63,612 nucleotides of DNA from positions 1 to 63,612 of the forward strand of contig CABUKD010000005.1 of assembly GCA_902492105.1 (NCBI GenBank). Direction: 5' to 3'. This stretch comes from an uncultured Clostridium sp. GTDB taxonomy: Bacteria > Bacillota > Clostridia > TANB77 > CAG-508. A program made the position numbers and the translations under genes. Positions 1-10,235 of the stretch are shown here, one piece after another (within the stretch, counting starts at the first letter, position 1; each line of letters begins with the position of its first letter). Under the pieces are notes generated by a model. It was not told the origin of the DNA, did no database searches, and worked only from the letters and a program-made list of their open reading frames with translations.

Positions 1-867
1 AAATATTATACTGTATTTAATCAAGGATATGATTTAAAACTAAGTATTATAGAAGAGCATAATGATGATATAGAAATAGAGTCAAATGAGAATTCTAATT
101 ATGATGATGAAGAAATACCTAAAAGCTATAACATCATTGACAATGAAAGTTTAGATAGTAAAATAGTTTTAACAGATGAGTTAATAGATGGATATAAAGA
201 TATGAGAAATAAATATATGACTCCTTGTTTAATAGTAAATATGGACAAGTTTAATAGCATAAAGGAAAATATTGATAATTATACTTTACAAAATAAAAAT
301 AAAAGCAATTCTTCCATACAATTTATTTCAAAAGATCAGGATTATTCATTTATAAAAATTAAATGTGGAAATATAATTGAATTCTCAAATTATATTGATG
401 CAATTATTGAAAAAGATAGAAGCCAAGATATTGATAGAATAAGTGCTACATATTATACTTTAGAAACTCAAGAAAAAATCATCTATATTAATATAATAGA
501 ACTAATATTAAAAGTTATTATATTAGCAATAGTAATAATAGGAATTACAAGTATAATTAATATTTTAAATGCAAGTTTAAGTGAAAGAAAACAAGAATTT
601 ATTATATTAAATAGATTAGGGGCTACTAAAGGAAATATAAATAAAATTTTGATATATGAAAGTATATATATGTTTATGAAAGCATTGATTATATCAATCA
701 TTTTATCAGTACCTATGATATATGTAATTATAAAGCATATTGAACATATTATTTCATTAGATAATATCTTAATACCAATAGGTGATATTTGTATGTTTTT
801 AGGGATTATCTTGTTAGTATGTTTAGGTATAGCACTATATTCAACAAGAGTTATAGAAGATAAATAA
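1..867 (+). CDS. ABC transporter permease, FtsX/MacB-like (5'-partial, open from window edge)
   Basis: Frame 1 has no stop from nt 1 to the listed ATG at 202, so the gene begins upstream of the window. The C-terminal part has FtsX-type TM segments (..ASLSERKQEFIILNRLGATKGNI..). The partner ATPase starts 16 nt downstream. Confidence 0.75.
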   Translation, partial: KYYTVFNQGYDLKLSIIEEHNDDIEIESNENSNYDDEEIPKSYNIIDNESLDSKIVLTDELIDGYKDMRNKYMTPCLIVNMDKFNSIKENIDNYTLQNKNKSNSSIQFISKDQDYSFIKIKCGNIIEFSNYIDAIIEKDRSQDIDRISATYYTLETQEKIIYINIIELILKVIILAIVIIGITSIINILNASLSERKQEFIILNRLGATKGNINKILIYESIYMFMKALIISIILSVPMIYVIIKHIEHIISLDNILIPIGDICMFLGIILLVCLGIALYSTRVIEDK

Positions 868-882
868 ATGTAGGAGAAAAGA

Positions 883-1545
883 ATGAAAATTTTAAAAATA
901 GAAAATTTAAAAAAAGTTTATGGAAAGGGAGAAGCAGAGGTTATAGCAGTAAATAATGTATCATTTGAAGTAGAAGAAGGTGAATTTGTCGCAATAATAG
1001 GTCCATCTGGAAGTGGAAAATCTACAATATTGCACATGATTGCTGGATTAGAAAAACCAACTTCTGGAAAGGTATATTTCTACGGTAAAAATATGTATGA
1101 AATGAATAAAAAGGATTTAACAATATTAAGAAGGCAAAAAATAGGAATTATTTATCAATTTTATAATTTAATTTCTACACTAAATGTTGAAGAAAATATA
1201 ACATTACCTATTGAACTTGACAAGAAAAAAGTAAATAGAGAAAAATTAGATGAAATAACTAAATTTTTAAACATAGATAATAGAAAAAAACATCTACCTA
1301 ATGAAATATCTGGAGGACAACAACAAAAAGTTGCTATAGGAAGAGCATTAATAATAAATCCAACCATTATTTTAGCAGACGAACCTACAGGAAATCTAGA
1401 TTCTAATTCAAGTGAAGAAATAATACAACTATTTAAAAAAATAAATAAAGAGTATCATCAAACCATTATAATGATTACGCATAATTTAGAAATTGCAAAG
1501 CAAGCAGATAGAATTATACAAATAAAAGATGGACAAATTATATAA
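883..1545 (+). CDS. ABC transporter ATP-binding protein (MacB/LolD-like)
   Basis: Walker A GPSGSGKST, signature ISGGQQQKVAIGRAL, Walker B ILADEPT. RBS aggaga lies upstream of the ATG. Confidence 0.9.
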   Translation: MKILKIENLKKVYGKGEAEVIAVNNVSFEVEEGEFVAIIGPSGSGKSTILHMIAGLEKPTSGKVYFYGKNMYEMNKKDLTILRRQKIGIIYQFYNLISTLNVEENITLPIELDKKKVNREKLDEITKFLNIDNRKKHLPNEISGGQQQKVAIGRALIINPTIILADEPTGNLDSNSSEEIIQLFKKINKEYHQTIIMITHNLEIAKQADRIIQIKDGQII

Positions 1546-1748
1546 AAATGGCTCAATGTCAAAAATTTAAGTTTTATCGAAAAACAATAAAAAAGTATTG
1601 ACAAACATAAAATAGTATGCTAATATAATATACAGTTTAGAAGGAACTCGCGCGAGATTCTAAAGAAATAAGTAGAAATGATTCTAAATAGAAACATAAA
1701 AAATCTATTTAGCATAATTCTTATGTATTTAGAAAGAGGGAATTCAAA

Positions 1749-3317
1749 ATGAAACTTATTGTAATTGGAAGTTTATTACTTAGTATTTTAGCATCTATTT
1801 TATTTTGGGGGCAAACACTGGGACTGAATGTATTTTTATTTGTACTACCTGTTATGTGTTTTGTGATTTTTCTATTAGAAAGATATCATAAAATAAAAAA
1901 TAGAAAAGGCTATTGGCTAATACTTCCCATTTTATTATTAGCTATTACTTATATGATTTATCAAAATCGATTTTTTCAAATTATGAATTTAATCGTTATC
2001 TTTTTATTATATCATGTTATGCTAATTTGGCTTATGAATAAAAAGTATGAGCTAGAATTTTTAATAAGAAGAGTATTTACTTTTATTTTTAAACCATTTC
2101 AATATATTGGAAAGGCATGTAAAACCATAGGAATGTGTTTTCCCAAAAAGGAAAATAAGAAAGAAACTGATCCACATTTGAAGTCGTTTCAGTCTATTAT
2201 CTTAGGTATAGGAATTTCCATTCCTATTGCAATAGTAGTAGTTATTTTATTATGTTCTGCAGATGACACTTTTGCAGGAAATATAATAGAAATAGGAGAC
2301 CATTTTATACAATGGCTAAGAAATATTTTTTTCAATAACTTTGGCTTTACCGCTTTTGCTAGATTATTGATAATTGTAGTAGTAACAATTTATTTTATTT
2401 GCTGCATTTTAAATTTACTAAAAAGAAATCCATGGAAAATAGGGGAAGAAAAGCATAAGGAAATACAAGTAGAAAGTACTATTTTTAACACAATACTTAC
2501 CATTTTAAATCTTATTTATTTTGCTTTTTGCAGTATTCAGATTCAAAAATTATGGAATACAGAATTTGGAGCAAATGGATTTGGTTATGCCGATTTTGCA
2601 AGAGAAGGTTTCTTTCAACTCATGGCAGTATCTATTATCAATTTTGCTATGATTATTATTACTACGAAAAACAAAAAACAAAGTACCAAAATGCAGATTT
2701 ATTATAGAAAAATAATGAATATTATTTTAGCTATTGCTACTATTATTATTTTAATTTCTGCCTTTGTAAGAATGAATTTATATGGAGAAGCTTTTGGATA
2801 TACTTTATTAAGAATTTTAGTATATTTTGCATTAATTACAGAAGCAATTTTAATGATACCTACTCTTGTTTTCATCTGCTACGAAAAATTTTCACCATGG
2901 AAAACTTATTTTGTTATTGTTACTGTTATGTATTTAGTTATGAATTTTAGTAATATTAATGAAATGATTGCAAAACAAAATGTGAATCGTTATTTACAAA
3001 ATCCAGAAAACGAAATAGACGTTATGTACTTAACGAAAACAAAGACAGATGGGTTAGAAGAGGTAATAAAATTATATAACCAAATAGAAAATTTAAGTTT
3101 AAAACAAAAATTAGAAAGGTATTTTACTAATTTAAAAACACAGTTAGAGCAACAGCCAGATAATTTATTAGAGTGGAATTACTCTAGGTGGAAAGCAAGA
3201 ATCTTATTAGAAAATATTGAAATTCCTGAAAACATAGAGTACAATAGTTACAATAATGTCACTGATTCACATTCTAATAGTATACTAACTGATATCTTTT
3301 CTTTGTTCATTATCTGA
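1749..3317 (+). CDS. polytopic membrane protein, DUF4153/DUF4173-like
   Basis: 522-aa ORF with many TM helices. RBS agaaagaggg precedes it. A TTGACA-17-TAATAT promoter sits near 1599-1627. The family call is from memory of this architecture next to a DUF2975/HTH pair. Confidence 0.55.
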   Translation: MKLIVIGSLLLSILASILFWGQTLGLNVFLFVLPVMCFVIFLLERYHKIKNRKGYWLILPILLLAITYMIYQNRFFQIMNLIVIFLLYHVMLIWLMNKKYELEFLIRRVFTFIFKPFQYIGKACKTIGMCFPKKENKKETDPHLKSFQSIILGIGISIPIAIVVVILLCSADDTFAGNIIEIGDHFIQWLRNIFFNNFGFTAFARLLIIVVVTIYFICCILNLLKRNPWKIGEEKHKEIQVESTIFNTILTILNLIYFAFCSIQIQKLWNTEFGANGFGYADFAREGFFQLMAVSIINFAMIIITTKNKKQSTKMQIYYRKIMNIILAIATIIILISAFVRMNLYGEAFGYTLLRILVYFALITEAILMIPTLVFICYEKFSPWKTYFVIVTVMYLVMNFSNINEMIAKQNVNRYLQNPENEIDVMYLTKTKTDGLEEVIKLYNQIENLSLKQKLERYFTNLKTQLEQQPDNLLEWNYSRWKARILLENIEIPENIEYNSYNNVTDSHSNSILTDIFSLFII

Positions 3318-3377
3318 TCGTATTTAGAGAACAGTGAATTATATTAAAAATTATAAAATAGAAGAATAGGAGTAAAC

Positions 3378-3833
3378 ATGAAAATAACAGGGAAGAAAAG
3401 TCTAGGTTCATTTATTGAAATCTGTTTAAAAATTTTAATAGTAATAGGAATTATAATTGTTTTAGGATTACCATTCTTTTTACAAAAATATGCTGAATGG
3501 ATGCATCCACAAATAGAATATTATCCAACTTTAGCTATTTTGTATGCATCGGGAATTCCGGCATTAGTCATTATATACCAATTTATCAAAATTTTTCATA
3601 CTTTAAAAGAAGATAATCCATTTAACATGGAAAATGTAAAACATTTTAAAGTAATTTCTACTTGTTCTTTTATTATTATGTTAGAATACATGGTTGGAAT
3701 TTTCTTTATAACATCTGTTTTTGCTATTGTCATTATTGGAGTTTTTGCGGTAGTTTGGCTTGGATGCTATATTTTAGCAGAACTTTTAAAAAAAGCAGTT
3801 GAATATAAAGAAGAAAATGAATTAACAATTTAA
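3378..3833 (+). CDS. DUF2975-like membrane protein
   Basis: 151 aa with 4 TM helices and a C-terminal ..ENELTI tail typical of DUF2975. It lies immediately upstream of a YozG-type HTH gene, which is the usual pairing. Confidence 0.6.
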   Translation: MKITGKKSLGSFIEICLKILIVIGIIIVLGLPFFLQKYAEWMHPQIEYYPTLAILYASGIPALVIIYQFIKIFHTLKEDNPFNMENVKHFKVISTCSFIIMLEYMVGIFFITSVFAIVIIGVFAVVWLGCYILAELLKKAVEYKEENELTI

Positions 3834-3851
3834 AAAGAAAGGATGGGGAAG

Positions 3852-4034
3852 ATGGCTATTATTGTAAATTTAGATGTTATGATGGCTAAAAGAAAAATGT
3901 CTTCTTCAGAACTTTCTGAAAAGATAGGAATTTCCATGGCAAATTTATCTATCCTAAAAAATAATAAAGGAAAAGCCATTCGATTTTCCACTTTAGATGC
4001 CATTTGTAAAGTGTTGGACTGTCAACCACGGTGA
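3852..4034 (+). CDS. YozG-family helix-turn-helix regulator, C-terminus truncated as sequenced (+1 shift at 4029 restores it to 4053)
   Basis: MAIIVNLDVMMAKRKMSSSELSEKIGISMANLSILKNNKGKAIRFSTLDAICKVLDCQP matches the B. subtilis YozG pattern. The 0 frame ends CGG TGA. The canonical ..QPGDILEYK* tail is encoded in the +1 frame. Confidence 0.8.
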   Translation: MAIIVNLDVMMAKRKMSSSELSEKIGISMANLSILKNNKGKAIRFSTLDAICKVLDCQPR

Positions 4035-4062
4035 TATTTTAGAATATAAATAATGTATAAAA

Positions 4063-4099
4063 ATACTAATGAAGGGAATACTCTCATTAGTATTTTTTT
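4063..4099 (+). terminator. rho-independent terminator
   Basis: 10-bp stem atactaatga / tcattagtat followed by a T7 run. Confidence 0.7.
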
Positions 4100-4191
4100 G
4101 CATCAAAAATCGCAAAATATTTATCCAATCAATGTGGCAAAAAGATAAATCTAATTAAATAATGAAATAATAGAGATGGGAGAGGGAGAGA

Positions 4192-5715
4192 ATGGAAGAA
4201 AATAAAAAGTCATTTTGGATTGATAGTACTTTAGAAAATAGAAAGGAATTTCCAAAGTTAGAAGGAGATAAAAGAGCTGATGTTTGTATTATAGGAGGAG
4301 GGCTTACAGGATTAACAACAGCCTATTACTTATCTAAAACTAATTTAAGTGTAGTTTTATTAGAAAAATCCAAACTATGTGAACATACTAGTGGAAATAC
4401 CACAGGAAAAATTACTAGTCAACATGATTTATTCTACGACTATTTACTACAATCAGAAGGAAAAGAAAAAGCAAAACAGTATTATGAAGCTAATGAACAG
4501 GCTATTTCTAATATAGAAAAAATTATTCAAGAAGAACAAATTGATTGTGATTTTGAAAAACAAGATGCTTATGTATTTACCCAGAAAAGTGAAGAAATTC
4601 CGAAAATAAAAAAAGAAGTAGAAGCGGTAAAAGAAATAGGGGGAAAAGCAGAATTTGTAGAAAACCTAGATTTACCTATTGCTACCAAAGGGGCTATCAA
4701 GTTTTCAAACCAAGCTCAATTTCATCCAGTAAAATATGCACAAGGATTAGTAAATAGCATACTAAAAACAAACCAAGTTTCTTTTTACGAAAATACCAAA
4801 GTAGTAGATGTAAAACAGGGAAAAGAAGGTTATGACATTTTTGTAGAAAAAGGAAAGAAAGTAAATGCCAAATATGTAGTAATTGCAAGCCATTATCCTA
4901 TTATTAATGCACCAGGCTATTATTTTCTAAAAATGTATCAATCTTTATCTTATGTTATTGGAGTAGAAACACAAAAAGAATTATTTCAAGGTATGTATAT
5001 TAATAGCGAAAAGCCTACTATTTCTTTTAGAACTGCAAAAATCGGGAATAATCGACTATTACTAATTGGTGGTATGGACCATAAAACAGGAGAAGACATA
5101 GACTTATCATCAAGTTATGAAAAACTAATTGCCATTGCCAAACAAATAGATCCAGAATGTAATGTGGTATATAAATGGTGCACAGAAGATTGCATTTCCT
5201 TAGATAAAATTCCCTATATAGGAGAATTTTCTAATTTAATGCCAAATGTTTATGTAGGAACAGGATATAAAAAATGGGGAATGACAACATCTAACATAGC
5301 TGCCAATATTATAGTAGATAAAATTTTAGGTAAAGAAAATCCATATGAAGAAGTATTTACTTCTACTAGATTAAAACCAATTAAAAATTATCAAGAAATG
5401 GGAAATATGTTAAAAGAAGTAGTAGATGGGTTAGTAATAGAGAAAATAAAAATTCCAAAAGAAACCATAGAAAACTTAAGAATAGGGCAAGGAAAAATAT
5501 TAGAAGTAGATGGAAAAAAAGTAGGTGTATATCAAGATGAAAATGGAAAATTATTTGCTATAAAGCCTGTATGTAGTCATTTAGGATGTGAACTAAATTG
5601 GAACAATTTAGAAAAAACTTGGGATTGCCCTTGCCATGGCTCTCGATTTACTTATACAGGTAAGTCTATTTATGATCCAAGTATTAAAGACTTGGAAACA
5701 GTAGAAATAGAGTAA
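4192..5715 (+). CDS. FAD-dependent oxidoreductase with C-terminal Rieske [2Fe-2S] domain
   Basis: N-terminal dinucleotide fold VCIIGGGLTGLTTAYYL. C-terminal Rieske ligands CSHLGC...CPCHGSRF. Confidence 0.85.
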   Translation: MEENKKSFWIDSTLENRKEFPKLEGDKRADVCIIGGGLTGLTTAYYLSKTNLSVVLLEKSKLCEHTSGNTTGKITSQHDLFYDYLLQSEGKEKAKQYYEANEQAISNIEKIIQEEQIDCDFEKQDAYVFTQKSEEIPKIKKEVEAVKEIGGKAEFVENLDLPIATKGAIKFSNQAQFHPVKYAQGLVNSILKTNQVSFYENTKVVDVKQGKEGYDIFVEKGKKVNAKYVVIASHYPIINAPGYYFLKMYQSLSYVIGVETQKELFQGMYINSEKPTISFRTAKIGNNRLLLIGGMDHKTGEDIDLSSSYEKLIAIAKQIDPECNVVYKWCTEDCISLDKIPYIGEFSNLMPNVYVGTGYKKWGMTTSNIAANIIVDKILGKENPYEEVFTSTRLKPIKNYQEMGNMLKEVVDGLVIEKIKIPKETIENLRIGQGKILEVDGKKVGVYQDENGKLFAIKPVCSHLGCELNWNNLEKTWDCPCHGSRFTYTGKSIYDPSIKDLETVEIE

Positions 5716-5872
5716 TAGAAAGCAACATCAAGTGAAAAATTAAATGGAAATAGAAAGAAAGACAGAAAAAAGTAAAATACTAAATTTTACAAAATCAACA
5801 TAATGTGATATAATTGTTACAATAGAGCCTTGCTCTAACATAATTTTATATCTTATATGGGAGGATCCTCAA

Positions 5873-6298
5873 ATGAAAAACAATGTCATCAAGGACATTA
5901 TCGGTGGGTTGATTGTAATAGCAATAATGATAGTTGTTGTGGTATGTTGCATATCTTTCATGGGACCAGATAATTTAGAATCTCAAGTTACAGAAGCGCT
6001 TGATACAGCACATAAAGATACAGCTGTGAAGACATTAAGTGAACTACGGGGAAGAATTCTAGAGATAGAATATCTTTCTTCAAATGATAACATTGAAACC
6101 TCTATATTGCAGGACGAATTAGATGATATCATTTTTTCCATTGAATCTCCTAGTACGTATTGGATAAACAATCCGTATTTGGCAGATTTTGAGTTCATTA
6201 TTCGGGATACCTCCACTGTAGGAGAATTTTGCGAAGACCTTATCTCGCAAATAGATGACCAAATTCATACTATTGAACAAGGTGTAGGGGATGCGTAA
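5873..6298 (+). CDS. hypothetical membrane-anchored protein
   Basis: Strong RBS gggagg, N-terminal TM helix, no recognisable family. Visibly higher G+C than its neighbours. Contains two in-frame CGG codons (6047, 6203). Confidence 0.5.
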   Translation: MKNNVIKDIIGGLIVIAIMIVVVVCCISFMGPDNLESQVTEALDTAHKDTAVKTLSELRGRILEIEYLSSNDNIETSILQDELDDIIFSIESPSTYWINNPYLADFEFIIRDTSTVGEFCEDLISQIDDQIHTIEQGVGDA

Positions 6299-6377
6299 GC
6301 ATCCTCTATTTTTGTTATTTTTAATATTGAATCAGATACCATCTTATGTTACAATACCACTAAAGGTGAAGAAAGAT

Positions 6378-6686
6378 ATGTATTATACCTATATGTTAAG
6401 ATGCTCTGATAACTCTATCTATACAGGCATGACTAATCATTTAGAAAATCGAATAAAAGAACACTTGCTCAAAACCAAAAATGGAGCTAAATATACCAAA
6501 TCACATAATGCTATTCAATTAGAAGCAGTATGGAAAAGCAAAGATAAGTCATTAGCTTGCAAACTAGAATATCACTTAAAAACACTTAATAAAAAGCAAA
6601 AAGAAGACTTAATTAGTGGAGAAAAATTAGTTACTTATTTAAAAGGAAAGGTAGATTGCAGAAGATATCAACGTGTGAATCTGTAA
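6378..6686 (+). CDS. GIY-YIG nuclease family protein (UPF0213-like)
   Basis: YYTYMLRCSDNSIYTGMTNHLENRIKEH is a GIY-YIG core. The internal ATG at 6378 has RBS aaaggtgaag and is preferred over the listed 6291 start. Confidence 0.75.
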   Translation: MYYTYMLRCSDNSIYTGMTNHLENRIKEHLLKTKNGAKYTKSHNAIQLEAVWKSKDKSLACKLEYHLKTLNKKQKEDLISGEKLVTYLKGKVDCRRYQRVNL

Positions 6687-6809
6687 ATACATAAGAGAAT
6701 TTGTTAAATGTATAAAAATTTTAATAAAACTAAAATGATAAAAAAGTGATAAATAATAAAAAATAGAGTATCAAGAAATCGTCTAAACACTTAATACTCT
6801 GATATTCTC

Positions 6810-6885
6810 TGGTCGAGGCGACAGGGATCGAACCTGCGACCTCATGGTCCCAAACCACGCGCGCTACCAACTGCGCTACGCCTCG
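6810..6885 (-). tRNA. tRNA-Pro (anticodon UGG)
   Basis: The reverse complement folds as a cloverleaf: acceptor CGAGGCG/CGCCTCG, anticodon loop TTTGGGA, T-loop TTCGATC, encoded CCA. Confidence 0.9.
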
Positions 6886-7052
6886 ATTAATTTGTGCTAC
6901 TTATATACTATAACATACTTTTTTTTATTTTGCAAGATTTTTTTGCATTTTCTATTGAATATTTTTAAATTTTTAGCTATAATATATATGTTATGCAAGA
7001 TGTTAAAGTAAAATAACAAATTGCAAATTTATATTTTATCCTAATTAAAGTT

Positions 7053-7129
<77 letters not shown>

Positions 7130-7346
7130 ATAATAAATTTGTTCGAACTAATAGAACAGATAGATACAACAATCAATCAGTAAAATGGTTGATTTTTTTT
7201 GTTTGCAATAAATAAAATTATAGAAATAGAACAAGACTAAAGAAATAAAGAGGTCTTATATCTATTTGGTAGCATTTAGACATATTGAAATTAACATAAA
7301 AGTGTGATATAATGATGCTATCAAACTTTTGAAAGGAGTGTCTTAT

Positions 7347-7877
7347 ATGGCAAGGTTTTGGCTTATTCAGCGAGGAACTTTTAAAGAAGAAACAGGTAAA
7401 AATCTTACAGGTCCAGGTGGAATTGTAACTCTTCACTACATGGGCTCCTCAGAATTCCAGTTTGGTGCAATTGAAAAAGCATATCGGCGTTTAATGTATC
7501 ATTTTTCTGAGTATGAAGTTTTTCATACAGGAATTTATACTCCTGAAAACGACGAACTGCTGGTATTTTGCAAGAAGAGTTGCTCAACAGAAGTGATACA
7601 GTCTATTTGCCAATATATCGAGAAACCTTATCATCTCAAAGAGTATTCGGAACTGGAAAAAGTACCCAAAGCCAAAAAGGGAGACACATCATACGATAGA
7701 CGCCGCAGTAATTTCTGGTGGTGTATTGATATTAAATCGTATGGAGACTGGATGGCTTTTCTGCAGTCTCATTCAGAACAACTTTTAAGGGTTGTAAAAG
7801 AAAGCTACCAGGGCTGGTGGCTAGCTAAGTCGCCAGAAGAACGCGAAGAAGAATATCAGAAATCTCTTCGGTGGTAA
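7347..7877 (+). CDS. hypothetical protein (compositionally atypical)
   Basis: RBS gaaaggag 8 nt before the ATG at 7347. TTGAAA-17-TATAAT promoter near 7283-7312. No family recognised. Visibly G+C-richer than the surroundings. In-frame CGG at 7485 and 7869. Confidence 0.55.
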   Translation: MARFWLIQRGTFKEETGKNLTGPGGIVTLHYMGSSEFQFGAIEKAYRRLMYHFSEYEVFHTGIYTPENDELLVFCKKSCSTEVIQSICQYIEKPYHLKEYSELEKVPKAKKGDTSYDRRRSNFWWCIDIKSYGDWMAFLQSHSEQLLRVVKESYQGWWLAKSPEEREEEYQKSLRW

Positions 7878-7880
7878 CAA

Positions 7881-7918
7881 ATCAGAGAGAATGTCAAATT
7901 TAAGGCATTCTCTCTGAT
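7881..7918 (+). terminator. rho-independent terminator
   Basis: 13-bp stem atcagagagaatg / cattctctctgat directly after the stop at 7877. A second bidirectional hairpin lies at ~7935-7965. Confidence 0.65.
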
Positions 7919-8031
7919 TCGTTTGGCATTATAAAAAACTGTGAAATTTATTTTTCACAGTTTTTCCTTTAAAAGGTATGTGTGCTTATTTTATTGTTTC
8001 AAATTTTTATATATCCATATATTTAATGAAA

Positions 8032-10232
8032 CTATTTTTTTAATCTTAAAGTATTTAATATTACAGTAACACTACTTAATACCATAGCTAAACTTGCAAT
8101 CATAGGGTTGATAGAAATTCCAATAGGTTTTAATATTCCTATAGCAATTGGTATCATTAGACAATTGTAGAAAAATGCCCAAAATAAATTTTGTTTAATA
8201 TTTCTAATTGTTTTTTTGCTAATATCAATTAGTTTTACAATGCTTCCTAAATCATTATTCGTTAATATAACATCGGAAGAATCCATAGCAATATCTGTTC
8301 CACTATTTACACTAACTCCAATATCTGAACTTGCTAGAGCAGGGCTATCATTTATTCCATCTCCGCACATCATTATAAATTTACCTTCTTTTTTCAATTC
8401 TTTTATTGTATTGGCTTTTTCTGAAGGCAATACATTAGAAATTACTTTTGTAATTCCTAGTTCATTTGCAATTTTCTGTGCTGTTTCGTTGTTATCACCG
8501 AGTTAGCATAATAGTGTCTATTTTTTGTTTTTCCAGATTATGAATTACTTCTTTGGCTTCTTCTCTTACAATATCATTTACTCCAATAAGGGCAATGATT
8601 TCTTTGTTTCTTACAGCATATATAATGCTATTTCCTTTTTCAGCTAATTTCTTTTCATCCTCTAAATATTTATTTGGAATATCATATTTATCCAGCATTT
8701 TAGAATTTCCAAGTAATATTTCTTCATTATCTATTTTACCGCTAACTCCCAAACCTGCTACATTTTCAAAGTCATGAACATCTAAAACTCCTATTTTATT
8801 TTCTTCCAAATAATCTGTAAAGGCTTTTCCAATTGGATGTGTTGACCTACTTTCTATACTTCCCACTAATTGCAATAATTTTTTTTCTTCTAGAGAAGAA
8901 TAGTTAATTACTTTTGCTATTTTTAATTTCCCATAAGTCAAGGTACCTGTTTTATCAAAAATAACTGTATTTACTTTTGAGGCATTTTCTAATATTTCGC
9001 TTTTCTTTACTAAAATTCCATTGCTTGCACATAATCCTTCACTTACAACAATGGCTAAAGGTGTTGCTAAACCTAAACTACAAGGACAAGCTACTACTAA
9101 TATCGTAACAAAAGTAGAAATAGCAGACTCAAAACTCTGTCCTATTACAAGATAAGCTACAAAAGTAATTATTGCAATAATGATAACAATGGGAACAAAA
9201 TAACTAGCCACTTTATCAGCAATCTTAGCAATTGGTGCTTTTGTGTTGCTTGCTTCTACCACTAATCTTACAATTTCAGATACGGTAGATTCTTTTCCTA
9301 TTTTTTCAGCTTTATATTCAATATATCCATCATAATTCATACTTCCGGCAATTACTTTATTACCAATTTCTTTGGCAACAGGTTTGCTTTCTCCTGTAAT
9401 AAAAGATTCATCTAAATGTGCTTTCCCAAATATTATTTCTCCATCTACTGCTACTTTTTCTCCTGCTTTAGAAATTACAATATCTCCTTTATGAATTTCA
9501 TCAAGTGTTACTATTTTTTCTTTTCCGTCTACTTTTAAAGTTGCTGTATTTGGCGTAATTTTAACTAATTTTTGGATTGCTTCTTTGGTTTTGTCTTTGC
9601 TAATTCCATCTATATATCTGCCTAATTTTATAAAATAAATAACAATTGCAGCTGATTCAAAATATAAATTCATAACTAACTCATGGTGTCCCATAAATAC
9701 CATGTACATATTATAGAAACTATATAATAAGCTTGCTATAACACCTATTCCTACTAATGTATCCATATTAGGAGTTTTATGAATTAAATTTTTATATCCA
9801 TTTTTTAAGATATCAAATCCATAAACAACAAAGCAAATGGTTAATAAAAGTAGAGCAATCATGTAGTTTGTAGGATTCGTATGAGGGTCTAAAAATGGAA
9901 TTGTTGGCAAATTTATCATGTGTCCCATTGAAATGTACATTAGTAATATCGCTAATATGGTAAAAATAATAAATTTTACTTTCTCTTTTTTAGTTTGTTT
10001 ATCAAACTTTATTTCTTTAAATTCTCCTAAGCTTTTAAATCCTGCTTCTTTTACAAACTCTTCTATTTTAGCTTGATTTAAAATCTTTTCATCATATTCT
10101 ACAGTAGCATTTGCCATAACTAAATTTACTACAGCATTTGAAATTCCGTTTTTGTTTATTTAAATATTTTTCTAAGCCATTAGAACAAGCACTACAGGTC
10201 ATTCCATCAATCGATAAAGTTATTTTTTTCAT
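8032..10232 (-). pseudogene. copA: copper-translocating P-type ATPase CopA, interrupted as sequenced by two +1 shifts (at 10148 and 8500)
   Basis: N-terminal HMA motif GMTCSACS, CPC, DKTGTLT, (T)GDN and GDGINDSPALA motifs are spread over three frames. Removing one base at each break gives 2199 nt = 732 aa. Confidence 0.9.
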
Positions 10233-10235
10233 AAT

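Noticed and set aside
483-701. The many 60-100-aa ORFs in the track lying antisense to or inside larger genes (e.g. 483..701, 1161..1367, 4697..4888, 5983..6216, 8216..8506, 8553..8777, 10264..10512, 11992..12231, 17987..18391, 28760..29014, 38702..38962, 55773..56075, 60168..60434).
   Set aside because: They overlap well-supported genes on the other strand or frame. They have no RBS, and their I/L/F/S/K-rich composition is what you get from reading AT-rich coding DNA out of frame.
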